Shown here one piece after another: positions 17,845 to 26,453 of a DNA stretch of 32,000 nt. Numbering within the stretch: position 1 is the first letter of the stretch; every line of letters starts with the position of its first letter. The stretch is from Sulfolobus acidocaldarius DSM 639. Lineage in GTDB: Archaea > Thermoproteota > Thermoprotei_A > Sulfolobales > Sulfolobaceae. The DNA is taken from contig NC_007181.1 of the NCBI RefSeq assembly GCF_000012285.1, positions 2,010,001 to 2,042,000 of the forward strand. The letters run 5' to 3'. Under the pieces are notes generated by a model. It made no database searches. It saw only the letters and a program-made list of their open reading frames with translations, and was not told the DNA's origin. Made by a program: the position numbers and the translations under genes.

Positions 17845-20319
17845 TTGCCCTCCAAATTAAAAATTCCAGATGAAATATATCATAACTACAAAGACCTCTT
17901 CGGTGAAAAAGTTATAAATGACAGAATTGTAAGCGTTGAAGGACTAATAGAGGAACTTTCTGTAGAGTTTTCCGACGAGATAAAGAGAGTAATTAGTAAG
18001 AGGAGGAAATGGTTAGAGTCAAAGGATTCAGTATCATCAAAGGGGTCATTTCCCTCATGGGACGAAGTTTTTGTGGACGCAGATGGTAATAGGAGGACTT
18101 TTAGAGAGATAGTCCAAGGAATGATAGACAATTTCCTCCAGAGACAATCTAGTTTAAGCTGGAGGTTAAATGATCATGTGCCTATACCAAATGATGCCCA
18201 TCCGATCAAGAACCCTGGACTAGAAATCACTGGACCTTGGTATCCTTTAAGTAGGGCTTACAACCAGGTAAACACTGATGTAACATCAGCAATGGAAGAT
18301 GAAGAGGACGCCTCACCCGCCTGGTACACTCCCTATGGATCAGGAAAGAGTATCGCTGATGTTTGGGACGCCAGAAAGAACGTTAAACTTTTCCTTTCAG
18401 GGAAGGCACCAAATCCTTATTACGAAAAGGGTAAAACATACACTTTGAATAAGCCCAGAGATAAGTGGCCTACTATATTCCACAGGCTCCCAGGACTACA
18501 TCTACTTGACTTTGATATTACACTGGACGGAAAACCAGTACCTGCAATCATAGTCTCAGCTGTAATCTATACACTTAATAATTACATAAGCCTTAGGAAC
18601 GCAGGCTCGGGAGTCTACTTCTACTTACCCAAAACACAGACACCCGAAGAAGCTCTAATCGTGGAAAAAATACTAAGAAGAATTGAGGAGAAGTTAGGGT
18701 TACCTATTGGAACACTTAAATTAGCGCTATTATATGAAGAAGTTAATGCCGGAAGATACTTTCCAGTTATATTGTGGATATTTAGGGAGAGACTGATAAA
18801 GTCGAATAACGGTAGATGGGATTACCTAGGTAGTCTCATCGAGATGTGGTTACAGGAGAGGGTTCTTCCTGACCCACAAAATATAACAATGACTTCGCCG
18901 AACATGATGGCTTACCAGAAATATAATGCGTTGATAATGTTACTGGCAGGAGCAAAAAATGGTGAGGCTGACGCTGCACCGGTTGGAGGAATGGCTGCCG
19001 TAATGCTCTATCCTCAAAGTGACGCTTTTGAAAGACACAGATATAACTTAAAGGCATTAAGAGGAATTAAACTGGATAAACTTAGAGAAAGACTAATAGG
19101 ACTTATCTTTATAGGAGACGTTAAAGGGAAGGTAACACTTGAAGACATCTTAAAAGGGAAAGTCCAAGGTAAACTATATGACATGTTTAGGCAAAGTTGG
19201 GTAGCTACAAAGGAAGAGGCTTATGTTGAGGCTGGAAATAAACCCTTAAAGGCTAGCTTAGAGGAGTTACAAAAAATGATAGATGCTCCTGTTGAGTACG
19301 TCACAGTAGAGGGTACTAAGATGCCCACTGTTGACAGTGGACTCACACCTGAGGAGAGGTCTTTATTCCAGAGACTAGGTTTAATAGATGAAAATGGCAA
19401 AATAACACCCTGGGTTATAACTAAAGATATGATTGATACACCAGAGAAGTTACTTCATAATAAGGAGTTATGGGGAGGAAAGAGTATATGGAATGCCCTT
19501 TATGACATACCAGACGGGGAGATTACACCTGAGCATGTCCAACACGCATTTTACATGGCAGCAAATTATGGTTTCCAGTTATTAAATGGTAATTTAGCAG
19601 CAGCAATAGATGATTATGAGCTTAAGCAGAGGTTCATGAACGACTTAGCTACTTATAGGATATTTACTTCTTGGCTGTGGAGCCTGGTGAACAGGGATGC
19701 AGTGATCACGAAAGAAGGATATATTAAAGCTCCTAAACTAACAAGGGACGGGGTCATACCTGCAGAGAACGTACTAAAAGTTGCTAAAGGTACTAAGGTA
19801 AAGGATATATTTGAGGAAATATGGAAGTTACATTTCGATTGGACTAATGAATTTTACAAGGAGCAGGACATGAGAGTTGCCAATAGACTGGCAGAGACGT
19901 TTGGAAAGACTAATAATAACTCAGTAGTTGAAGAGATATACAATATAATATCAAAGGCATATAACGCAGGACCCTTTAGACAGATGTCGGCAAAGGAAGC
20001 TGCAGAGAAAATCGGTAAACTGCTTAACACTCAACCTTCAAAGATTGAAGAGGAATTGATAAAGCTTGCACCCAGATTTGACAGGGAGATGGCACCAGTT
20101 ATAATGGAAATTTTAATGAGACAATTTCTATATCCTAAATACATAATGAATAGCGGAAAGATACTATTTGTGCTCTCGCCATTAGATCCAGAGAAGAGGT
20201 TGAAGGTAATGGACAGTATATTCTCGTTCAGGGAGATGGTTCAAGATAAGGTAAAAAGAGGAGAGCTTGATCCAACAGTGTTGGAACTATATGACTACAT
20301 ATACGATGATTATAAATGA
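17845..20319 (+). CDS. aceB: malate synthase (large archaeal/Sulfolobus type)
   Basis: 824 aa. NNGRWDYLGS corresponds to the malate synthase GRWDY motif. The MNDLATYRIFTSWLW region corresponds to the catalytic Asp / acetyl-CoA region. It is adjacent to isocitrate lyase. TTG is the first possible start after an in-frame TAA at 17827. A TATA-like aaaatataaa lies about 20 nt upstream. Confidence 0.85.
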   Translation: MPSKLKIPDEIYHNYKDLFGEKVINDRIVSVEGLIEELSVEFSDEIKRVISKRRKWLESKDSVSSKGSFPSWDEVFVDADGNRRTFREIVQGMIDNFLQRQSSLSWRLNDHVPIPNDAHPIKNPGLEITGPWYPLSRAYNQVNTDVTSAMEDEEDASPAWYTPYGSGKSIADVWDARKNVKLFLSGKAPNPYYEKGKTYTLNKPRDKWPTIFHRLPGLHLLDFDITLDGKPVPAIIVSAVIYTLNNYISLRNAGSGVYFYLPKTQTPEEALIVEKILRRIEEKLGLPIGTLKLALLYEEVNAGRYFPVILWIFRERLIKSNNGRWDYLGSLIEMWLQERVLPDPQNITMTSPNMMAYQKYNALIMLLAGAKNGEADAAPVGGMAAVMLYPQSDAFERHRYNLKALRGIKLDKLRERLIGLIFIGDVKGKVTLEDILKGKVQGKLYDMFRQSWVATKEEAYVEAGNKPLKASLEELQKMIDAPVEYVTVEGTKMPTVDSGLTPEERSLFQRLGLIDENGKITPWVITKDMIDTPEKLLHNKELWGGKSIWNALYDIPDGEITPEHVQHAFYMAANYGFQLLNGNLAAAIDDYELKQRFMNDLATYRIFTSWLWSLVNRDAVITKEGYIKAPKLTRDGVIPAENVLKVAKGTKVKDIFEEIWKLHFDWTNEFYKEQDMRVANRLAETFGKTNNNSVVEEIYNIISKAYNAGPFRQMSAKEAAEKIGKLLNTQPSKIEEELIKLAPRFDREMAPVIMEILMRQFLYPKYIMNSGKILFVLSPLDPEKRLKVMDSIFSFREMVQDKVKRGELDPTVLELYDYIYDDYK

Positions 20320-20803
20320 GTTGAGATAAAGTCTCTCTGTAATTCTTTTTTAACTTGTAAATGAAAACAATTCTAAATAGTTTTTCAATGAACTTGTAAA
20401 TATAGTACAAAATTATTTTTTAAGTAAAGATTTTAAATTGAAAAGTTTTCACTTTTCTCCCTAAAGTTGATTTTAAGGTAAGTGCAAGCATAGACTAAGA
20501 ATGTAAATAGCCCTACTTTAGAGCGTATTAAAAAGTATAAAATTACTCGATAGATATATCTAATTAAACGGAAAATTACCTTAAAAATGCTCATAAGACC
20601 CAATTTAGTAGATGGTCTTTGAAAAATAATTTTTGCGTAAAGTGAATTTGACACTACAATTATAAATACGTAAAATATTAGTAAGTTTTTATTAATATAC
20701 CTTATATTGCTGAAATATAACCACTTTAATACCTTTTATATCTAAACATTTTGAATTAAAACTTATATATTAAAATATTGATATAATAGTTGGGGTTCAA
20801 AAT

Positions 20804-22117
20804 TTGAATATAAGAGATATATGGAATGAGGAAACAAGGAGAATTGAACAGGAGTGGTCAGAAGACCCTAGATGGAAAGGAATTAAGAGAAATTACACAG
20901 CTTCTGATGTGGTAAAGTTAAGAGGATCTGTTAGAATTGAATATACTTTAGCAAGATTAGGGGCTCAAAAGTTGTGGAAGTTATTAAACACTGAGCCCTA
21001 TGTTGCCACCTTTGGTGCCTTAACAGGCTCCCAAGCGGTGGAGATGGCAAAAGCAGGATTAAAGGCTATATACGTAAGCGGATGGCAAGTGGCTGCAGAT
21101 AATAACTTATCAAATCAGACTTATCCTGATTTAAGCTTATACCCCTCTAATAGTGTACCGAACCTGGTAAGGAGGTTAAACAATGCGTTATTAAGAGCAG
21201 ACCAAATATCTTGGAGTGAAGGAAAACGAGATGTAGATTACCTATTACCTATTGTAGCTGATGCAGAGGCTGGCTTTGGTGGTCCTATTCATGCATTTGA
21301 ACTAACAAAGGCTATGATTGAAGCCGGTGCAGCTGGTGTACACTTTGAGGATCAGTTAGCTTCCGAAAAGAAATGTGGTCATTTGGGTGGAAAAGTACTG
21401 ATTCCCACAGGTGCATTCATAAGAGTACTAAATGCAGCTAGACTAGCTTCAGATGTCTTAGGTGTACCGACAATATTAATTGCAAGAACAGATGCGTTAA
21501 ACGCTGCATACTTATCTAACGATATTGATGAGAGAGATACTGCCTTCTTGACTGGAAAAAGAACTCCCGAAGGTTATTATGAGGTTAAAGGTGGCATAGA
21601 ATACACAATCGCGAGGGGATTAGCCTATGCGCCTTATGCTGATTTACTGTGGTTTGAGACATCACGCCCAGACTTAGATGAGGCTAAGCAATTTGCAGAC
21701 GCTATACACGCCCATTTCCCAGGAAAAATGTTGGCCTATAACCTGTCCCCCTCTTTCAACTGGAAGAAATTTATGGACGACTCTAAGATTGGTAAGTTCA
21801 TAGAGGAATTGGGTGACATGGGTTACAAGTTCCAGTTCATAACCCTAGCAGGCTGGCACTTGATAAACTACCACACATTTACACTAGCAAAAGCCTACAA
21901 GAACGAAGGAATGCTAGGTTACGTGAGGTTACAGGAGCTGGAGTTCCAGGCTCAACGCGAAGGATACACCGCAGTCAGCCACCAAAGAGAAGTAGGAACC
22001 GAATACTTCGACCTAGTACTAACAATAGCCTCCGGAGGAAACGCATCAACCACAGCAATGAAAGGATCAACTGAAGCAGAGCAGTTCGTTCAAGTAGAAC
22101 AAAAAGCAAGAAAATGA
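20804..22117 (+). CDS. aceA: isocitrate lyase
   Basis: 437 aa. It carries the ICL signature KKCGHLGGK, plus DAEAGFGG and the N-terminal [23 protein letters not shown]. The start is TTG; the first in-frame ATG is far downstream. Confidence 0.95.
   Translation: MNIRDIWNEETRRIEQEWSEDPRWKGIKRNYTASDVVKLRGSVRIEYTLARLGAQKLWKLLNTEPYVATFGALTGSQAVEMAKAGLKAIYVSGWQVAADNNLSNQTYPDLSLYPSNSVPNLVRRLNNALLRADQISWSEGKRDVDYLLPIVADAEAGFGGPIHAFELTKAMIEAGAAGVHFEDQLASEKKCGHLGGKVLIPTGAFIRVLNAARLASDVLGVPTILIARTDALNAAYLSNDIDERDTAFLTGKRTPEGYYEVKGGIEYTIARGLAYAPYADLLWFETSRPDLDEAKQFADAIHAHFPGKMLAYNLSPSFNWKKFMDDSKIGKFIEELGDMGYKFQFITLAGWHLINYHTFTLAKAYKNEGMLGYVRLQELEFQAQREGYTAVSHQREVGTEYFDLVLTIASGGNASTTAMKGSTEAEQFVQVEQKARK
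22061..22112 (+). repeat. direct repeat copy A (last 17 sense codons of aceA)
   Basis: Of these 52 nt, 49 are identical to 23162-23213. A weaker resemblance extends about 9 nt further left. Confidence 0.9.
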
Positions 22118-22245
22118 AAAGTCTAACTAGTTTTTAGTCTTTTTCTACAATATTCTATCCCTACATTTTTATAATCTTTCATAAAGAATTTTAGGGTTGT
22201 TATTTCAACTGACCTAAACTAATTTAATATATGTCAGTAACATGT

Positions 22246-22653
22246 TTATCTGGTTATGAGTATTATTCCACTGGTATCGAACCTATTCGCCTTAAGAAAT
22301 TCGTAAAATGCTCGATCTAAAGTAACTAACGGTATTTTAGTAAAGTTGTGGGATGAATATAATATAGCGTCAAATATATCATTCCAACCTTTACTTATAA
22401 TATCGTATACAAGATTTAAATCTAGTTCCTCCATCGGAACAAGGTTCACAGTATGGTTTATATAAGATAAACCTTTAATTGCGTCCTGCGGTATTAGTCC
22501 TAACCCGAGTTTCCTCGCCTCCTTTATTACAACTGCAATAAGCTCTACCAACATCAAGGAAGGGTAGTATACGTTCTTGCCTTCCAGTAAATTTTCGTCA
22601 ACTCCTCTAACTTTAATACCTAAGAAGGGGAGTAAAAGTGATGTATCAACCAT
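22246..22653 (-). CDS. vapC: PIN-domain ribonuclease toxin VapC
   Basis: MVDTSLLLPFLG gives the PIN N-terminal acidic residue, with a later acidic residue in VTLDRAF. I prefer the ATG at 22653, which overlaps the vapB stop by 8 nt. The longest ORF reaches 22686. Confidence 0.8.
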   Translation of the reverse strand: MVDTSLLLPFLGIKVRGVDENLLEGKNVYYPSLMLVELIAVVIKEARKLGLGLIPQDAIKGLSYINHTVNLVPMEELDLNLVYDIISKGWNDIFDAILYSSHNFTKIPLVTLDRAFYEFLKANRFDTSGIILITR

Positions 22654-22873
22654 TAATTCTGAATGATCTAGTAATTTCTTCTCCAACCTTTTCTACCTCA
22701 TCAGCGTCTATTTCTGCCCAATATCCCGTTGGCTTCCTAAGGGGAACTAAGGTAATTTTATCGCCTTCTCTTGTAACCATTAATAAATCTCCCTCCTTTA
22801 TCTTCATTTCTTCAACGATATCTTTAGGTATGTATATTGCATATTTCTTCCCCACTCTTAGAACTTTTGCCAT
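22646..22873 (-). CDS. vapB: AbrB/SpoVT-type antitoxin VapB
   Basis: MAKVLRVGKKYAIYIPKDIVEEMKIKEGDLLMV is a typical AbrB swapped-hairpin motif. The ATG at 22873 gives 75 aa. The 114-aa track ORF extends upstream without recognisable sequence. Confidence 0.8.
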   Translation of the reverse strand: MAKVLRVGKKYAIYIPKDIVEEMKIKEGDLLMVTREGDKITLVPLRKPTGYWAEIDADEVEKVGEEITRSFRING

Positions 22874-22909
22874 GTGATCATTCTGGTAAATCTTACTAAT
22901 AAGCATTAT

Positions 22910-22926
22910 CTGACCGCACGGATCAG
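22910..22926. promoter_or_regulatory. GC-rich imperfect palindrome upstream of vapB (candidate autoregulatory operator)
   Basis: ctgaccg-ca-cggatcag forms 7 bp of symmetry with a one-base bulge. It lies about 40-50 nt upstream of the vapB ATG in an otherwise AT-rich spacer. Confidence 0.3.
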
Positions 22927-23161
22927 TGAGACTGAAAAACCTTACTCGTTGCCTAACTGAGTGTTGGTTAGTAGTATATATTTCACACACTTAATGGTGA
23001 TACGAGGTATGTGGGCAAGAGTGCCTAAGGAAGATTTCGTAGGCTTCACTTTTGTATGAATACACCATGTAGTAATTAACTAACAAATTAGGTAAACTTG
23101 TCTGAGACGTAAAGTATTGTATATAGCAATATATAATCTAATTTTGTATAGACAACATGCT

Positions 23162-23213
23162 AAAGGATCAACTGAAGCAGAACAATTCGTCCAAGTAGAA
23201 CAAAAAGCAAGAA
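23162..23213 (+). repeat. direct repeat copy B (displaced, decayed copy of the aceA 3' end)
   Basis: It encodes the same [17 protein letters not shown] peptide as copy A. The three differences are gag/gaa, cag/caa and gtt/gtc. The stop is lost (aaa tga in A, aga tca in B). Confidence 0.9.
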
Positions 23214-23303
23214 GATCAAACACAATTCTAAAAAATTCAGAAAAATCCATATGTTCAACTTTTTTTAAAAAAAGTTTATAAGAGTGAAAATTATCCTACT
23301 CCT

Positions 23304-24104
23304 ATGAGAGAAGAGTACGTAAAAGAGATTCCGATAAAGGCTGACAGGTCTACAATAATGAACTTATTAACTGATGCACATCTTTTTGCGGGTATATCTG
23401 GTCACATTTCAATATACAAGCTCTTTGATACAACTTTAAATGATTTTGTCCCCCAGGCTGATGCTAATAACCCTGGAGATAAATATAAGATAGCTTTTCT
23501 TTACCAAGATGAGTCAGGCATATTATATTGTTTAGATGGTGTTCTTCAAGGTCCTCAAGTTAATTCAAACAGTGTAACCTACTCAGGACATACAGACGAT
23601 AAACAGTTAAGCTTGGAGATCAACTTCGATGTTAAAGATGATAACGTAGTAGGGAAAATGAGCATAGAGTATAGTTCTGGTTTCTTTGACCTATTTAAGA
23701 GGAAATCCTTCAATAAAAAGGCTAAATGGTACGGCAATATGGCAGAGCATATATTAGTTAAACACTACTCATGGTACCTTAGTAAGTTAGGTCCATCAGT
23801 GAGCAACAACCTTGTTGAGATCTCTAAGGCAAGTGGTGACGTTAATGAGCTGATAGGGAAACTTAGAGGTTTAATGAAATTCAATAATACATTCTTTGTC
23901 TTAAAGGGAGATGACTTCAAGATGGTAGGAAAGATAAGTAACGGGGACATTGTGAACGCTAAGTTGACCATGTCAGGTAAGGTCTATGTATATAGGGAGG
24001 CAATAGCAAAACTATTTACATTGACAGGTAATGCTGAACTAAAGGTGTATAGAATGTCATCTGATGACGCTATTATGGCTGTGGTGGAGAATATGGAACA
24101 ATAA
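23304..24104 (+). CDS. hypothetical two-domain protein, apparent paralogue of the 1469-2239 product
   Basis: 266 aa, ATG start. The N-terminal ~160 aa have an SRPBCC-like pattern (IKADRSTIMNLLTDAHLFAGISGHI ... long C-terminal helix MAEHILVKHYSWYLSKL). The C-terminal FKMVGKISNGDIVNAKL...GKVYVYREAIAKLF...LKVYRM aligns by eye with the C-terminus of the 256-aa protein. Confidence 0.6.
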   Translation: MREEYVKEIPIKADRSTIMNLLTDAHLFAGISGHISIYKLFDTTLNDFVPQADANNPGDKYKIAFLYQDESGILYCLDGVLQGPQVNSNSVTYSGHTDDKQLSLEINFDVKDDNVVGKMSIEYSSGFFDLFKRKSFNKKAKWYGNMAEHILVKHYSWYLSKLGPSVSNNLVEISKASGDVNELIGKLRGLMKFNNTFFVLKGDDFKMVGKISNGDIVNAKLTMSGKVYVYREAIAKLFTLTGNAELKVYRMSSDDAIMAVVENMEQ

Positions 24105-24249
24105 GAGATGTTCTTTTCCTTGTGATCCATAAAATAGATTTTTAGATGACAGGTGTGTGACGAGATAAAACTACTCGTATTAGCCAATGTTCAAGGAAAT
24201 CAACGAAATCTCGTATGAGGACTTTATAGTTGACTTACAAATAAGTGAC

Positions 24250-24330
24250 CTAGCTCAAAGATTTCTCCAGATAATAAACATGAACAACAACAAAACCCCT
24301 AAACAACAACTCATCAGCCTCTTTTAGTAA
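24250..24330 (-). pseudogene. decayed fragment of a second PaREP1 gene copy
   Basis: The minus-strand reading LLKEADELLFRGFVVVHVYYLEKSLS* parallels YLEEADELLSRGDVVQASEKYYKASEESIKILS of the intact gene. The 26-mer at 24296-24321 matches 24627-24652 with 1 mismatch. Confidence 0.6.
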
Positions 24331-24691
24331 CTTTGTTATTGAGTCTTTCATCAGCAACCTGTACTAATTTTAAAATATTTTCTCTATAAGCGTTAACCTG
24401 TTGGCTGTCCATGTTTACAGTTATAAGCGCGATTGCAGATCCCCAGCTCTCAATAATCCACTTCCCAAAAATTGACGATAACGAGAAAACACACTTGTTC
24501 AGTAGCTCTCCACTCCATCCTTCATTACTGATCTTATTAATGACTTCGAGCTCTAAAACACTTGATAGGATTTTTATTGACTCCTCAGAAGCCTTATAAT
24601 ACTTCTCAGAAGCCTGAACAACATCACCCCTAGACAACAACTCATCAGCCTCCTCCAAGTATACATCAGCTGACGTTCTTAGCTTTAGCAT
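24314..24691 (-). CDS. PaREP1-family (HEPN-like, archaeal) protein
   Basis: 125 aa, ATG start. The N-terminal YLEEADELLSRGDVVQASEKYYKASEESIKIL matches the PaREP1 pattern (yleeAeelLekGd..qAseK.w.Aa...k.l). Confidence 0.7.
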   Translation of the reverse strand: MLKLRTSADVYLEEADELLSRGDVVQASEKYYKASEESIKILSSVLELEVINKISNEGWSGELLNKCVFSLSSIFGKWIIESWGSAIALITVNMDSQQVNAYRENILKLVQVADERLNNKVTKRG

Positions 24692-25016
24692 AGTATTCTC
24701 ACTCCATCAACTATTATTATATACTTTGCAAATTATAAATTACATCTTACGGTATTGGTGTATGTATCATATGTACTTCTAAAACCGCATTCGCCCATGG
24801 CATTTGAAGTTGTATACCTAGGTAACTTATTTGTTTTTCCACTCGCCTATGTCAAACAACGGATCCATTACCAAAGTAAATAAAAATACAGTAACTATAT
24901 TTTTCATCAACATAAATCAGTAATATCCATATTACCATTTGTAAATTATGGTGACATAAACCTACATTATCACGTGTGGTCATAAACATAAATATGTTAA
25001 AAATTGATCTTAAATT

Positions 25017-26135
25017 ATGAAGGTAAAAGATGTCAAGGTTCACGTACTTAAGGTACCCTTGCCTGAACCAATACAGTTTTCATGGGAGCCTTTACCCCAT
25101 CAAGATTATACGTTCAGTCTAATAGAGCTAGAAGGAGAAAATGGAGTAAAAGGTTATTCAGCCATAGAGCTTGGAAGCACGTACAAAGCATTTATAAACA
25201 CGTATGTGAGACCACTTTTGATTAATCTTCAGATAGACCTTGAATTAATACCTGATAGATTCCTACAAATAGGCTCATGGTTAATACAAAGGACTGGTGC
25301 ATTAGAAGTTGCCATTTGGGACTTAATAGCTAAAAGTAATCAGTTACCTCTATATAAAATGCTAGGAGGAAAGAGGAAGAAAGTAAAGGTATATGCCAGT
25401 ACTGGGAGATTAATGGATGTAAAGGAAACTATTGACTTGATAAATGATTATTATAGTAAGGGAATTGACATTGTGAAAATAAGGTTTAGGAGAAATTCTA
25501 TAAAGGACGATCTGGCACTCCTGAGAGAAATAAGGAAGACCTTTGGAGATAGTATAAGAGTAGCTGTAGACGCTAATCAAGCGTGGACTTTCACACCACC
25601 ATACTGGGATAGAATGACCGCGCTTAAGGTCGCTAAAGAGCTAGAGCAATACGATGTGGAGTGGTTAGAGGAGCCCCTTTATAGAGAGGACATAGAGGGA
25701 TATAGGTGGCTTAGAGAGAGAAGCAATATTAAGATCAGTGGAGGAGAACTGGAATACGATTTGAGTAGGTTTAAGGCATTTGTGGATTCTAAGGCTCTCG
25801 ACATAGTTCAGGCTGATGCCGTTTACTCAAACGGTATAAGAGAATGTAGAGTTATTGCCTCTTTAGCTGAGAGTCATAACTTGGAATTCTTACCACATGC
25901 ATGGGATCCAGGAATGGGTTGGGTAGCTAATCTTCACTTATCAGCCTCTCTACCTGAATCTCTGACAAAGTATATAGAAACTCCCTTGGATCCATTATGG
26001 TGGTTCAATGATGTACTCTTCGCTATTACAAAGAACAAGATAATAGTAGAAGATGGTTACGCTATTCTACCAGAGGATGCAGGTCTAGGACTAGAGGTAA
26101 GTGATGAGGCGATTAAAAAATATGAAGTAGAATGA
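25017..26135 (+). CDS. enolase-superfamily enzyme (mandelate racemase / muconate lactonizing enzyme family, possibly an acid-sugar dehydratase)
   Basis: 372 aa. The metal-ligand pattern is VDANQAW, LEEP and GGE. The KxK-like region is KVKVYASTG and the catalytic His region is LPHAWD. Confidence 0.8.
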   Translation: MKVKDVKVHVLKVPLPEPIQFSWEPLPHQDYTFSLIELEGENGVKGYSAIELGSTYKAFINTYVRPLLINLQIDLELIPDRFLQIGSWLIQRTGALEVAIWDLIAKSNQLPLYKMLGGKRKKVKVYASTGRLMDVKETIDLINDYYSKGIDIVKIRFRRNSIKDDLALLREIRKTFGDSIRVAVDANQAWTFTPPYWDRMTALKVAKELEQYDVEWLEEPLYREDIEGYRWLRERSNIKISGGELEYDLSRFKAFVDSKALDIVQADAVYSNGIRECRVIASLAESHNLEFLPHAWDPGMGWVANLHLSASLPESLTKYIETPLDPLWWFNDVLFAITKNKIIVEDGYAILPEDAGLGLEVSDEAIKKYEVE

Positions 26136-26204
26136 TACTAGTAGAGAGGATCATAAATACATAATGTAGAGAAGTAGTCTAAAGGAAAAAGGGAGAAGAA
26201 AAAA

Positions 26205-26453
26205 TTAACATTCTTTTACTACATCGACCTTCATGAAACCGTTTTCTTTACCTTTATCCTCTATCTTGAGGTTAAGGTCATTTACCTGTAAGATGTATTT
26301 CAGGCTAACATACCAGTCATAGTCGTTCATAAGTATCTCTACTGCCTCTCCACACTCCTGGATCTTTTTTATAGCTGTCAACATTATCATTAAGGGGCTT
26401 TTACTCCCACAACTGTCTATTTTATCCAACTTTACGGTCTCTATTATTTTCAT
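26205..26453 (-). CDS. TusA/SirA-like small sulfur-carrier-fold protein with an atypical active-site loop
   Basis: 82 aa. Its ATG overlaps the rhodanese stop by 4 nt (ATGA). The layout parallels TusA (LD..G..C-P-x-P...GE.l.i..dd), but the Cys loop reads DSCGSKSPLMIM instead of CPxP. Confidence 0.6.
   Translation of the reverse strand: MKIIETVKLDKIDSCGSKSPLMIMLTAIKKIQECGEAVEILMNDYDWYVSLKYILQVNDLNLKIEDKGKENGFMKVDVVKEC

Larger units (their letters stand above)
22113..23161. mobile_element. putative inserted or recombined segment carrying vapBC, bounded by the aceA-3'-end direct repeats
   Basis: A roughly 1.05-kb segment lies between the two repeat copies and holds only the vapBC pair. No integrase or transposase is present, so mobility is inferred only from the flanking repeats. 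Confidence 0.35.

Noticed and set aside
20228-20654. Minus-strand ORFs 20228-20410 and 20433-20654 in the aceB-aceA spacer.
   Set aside because: These are AT-rich, low-complexity translations (runs of I/F/K/Y/L). They are more likely chance ORFs in promoter or terminator DNA. Transcript data would be needed to revive them.
24852-25043. A 63-aa minus-strand ORF upstream of the enolase-superfamily gene.
   Set aside because: It overlaps that gene's start and promoter region and has no motif. It is likely spurious.
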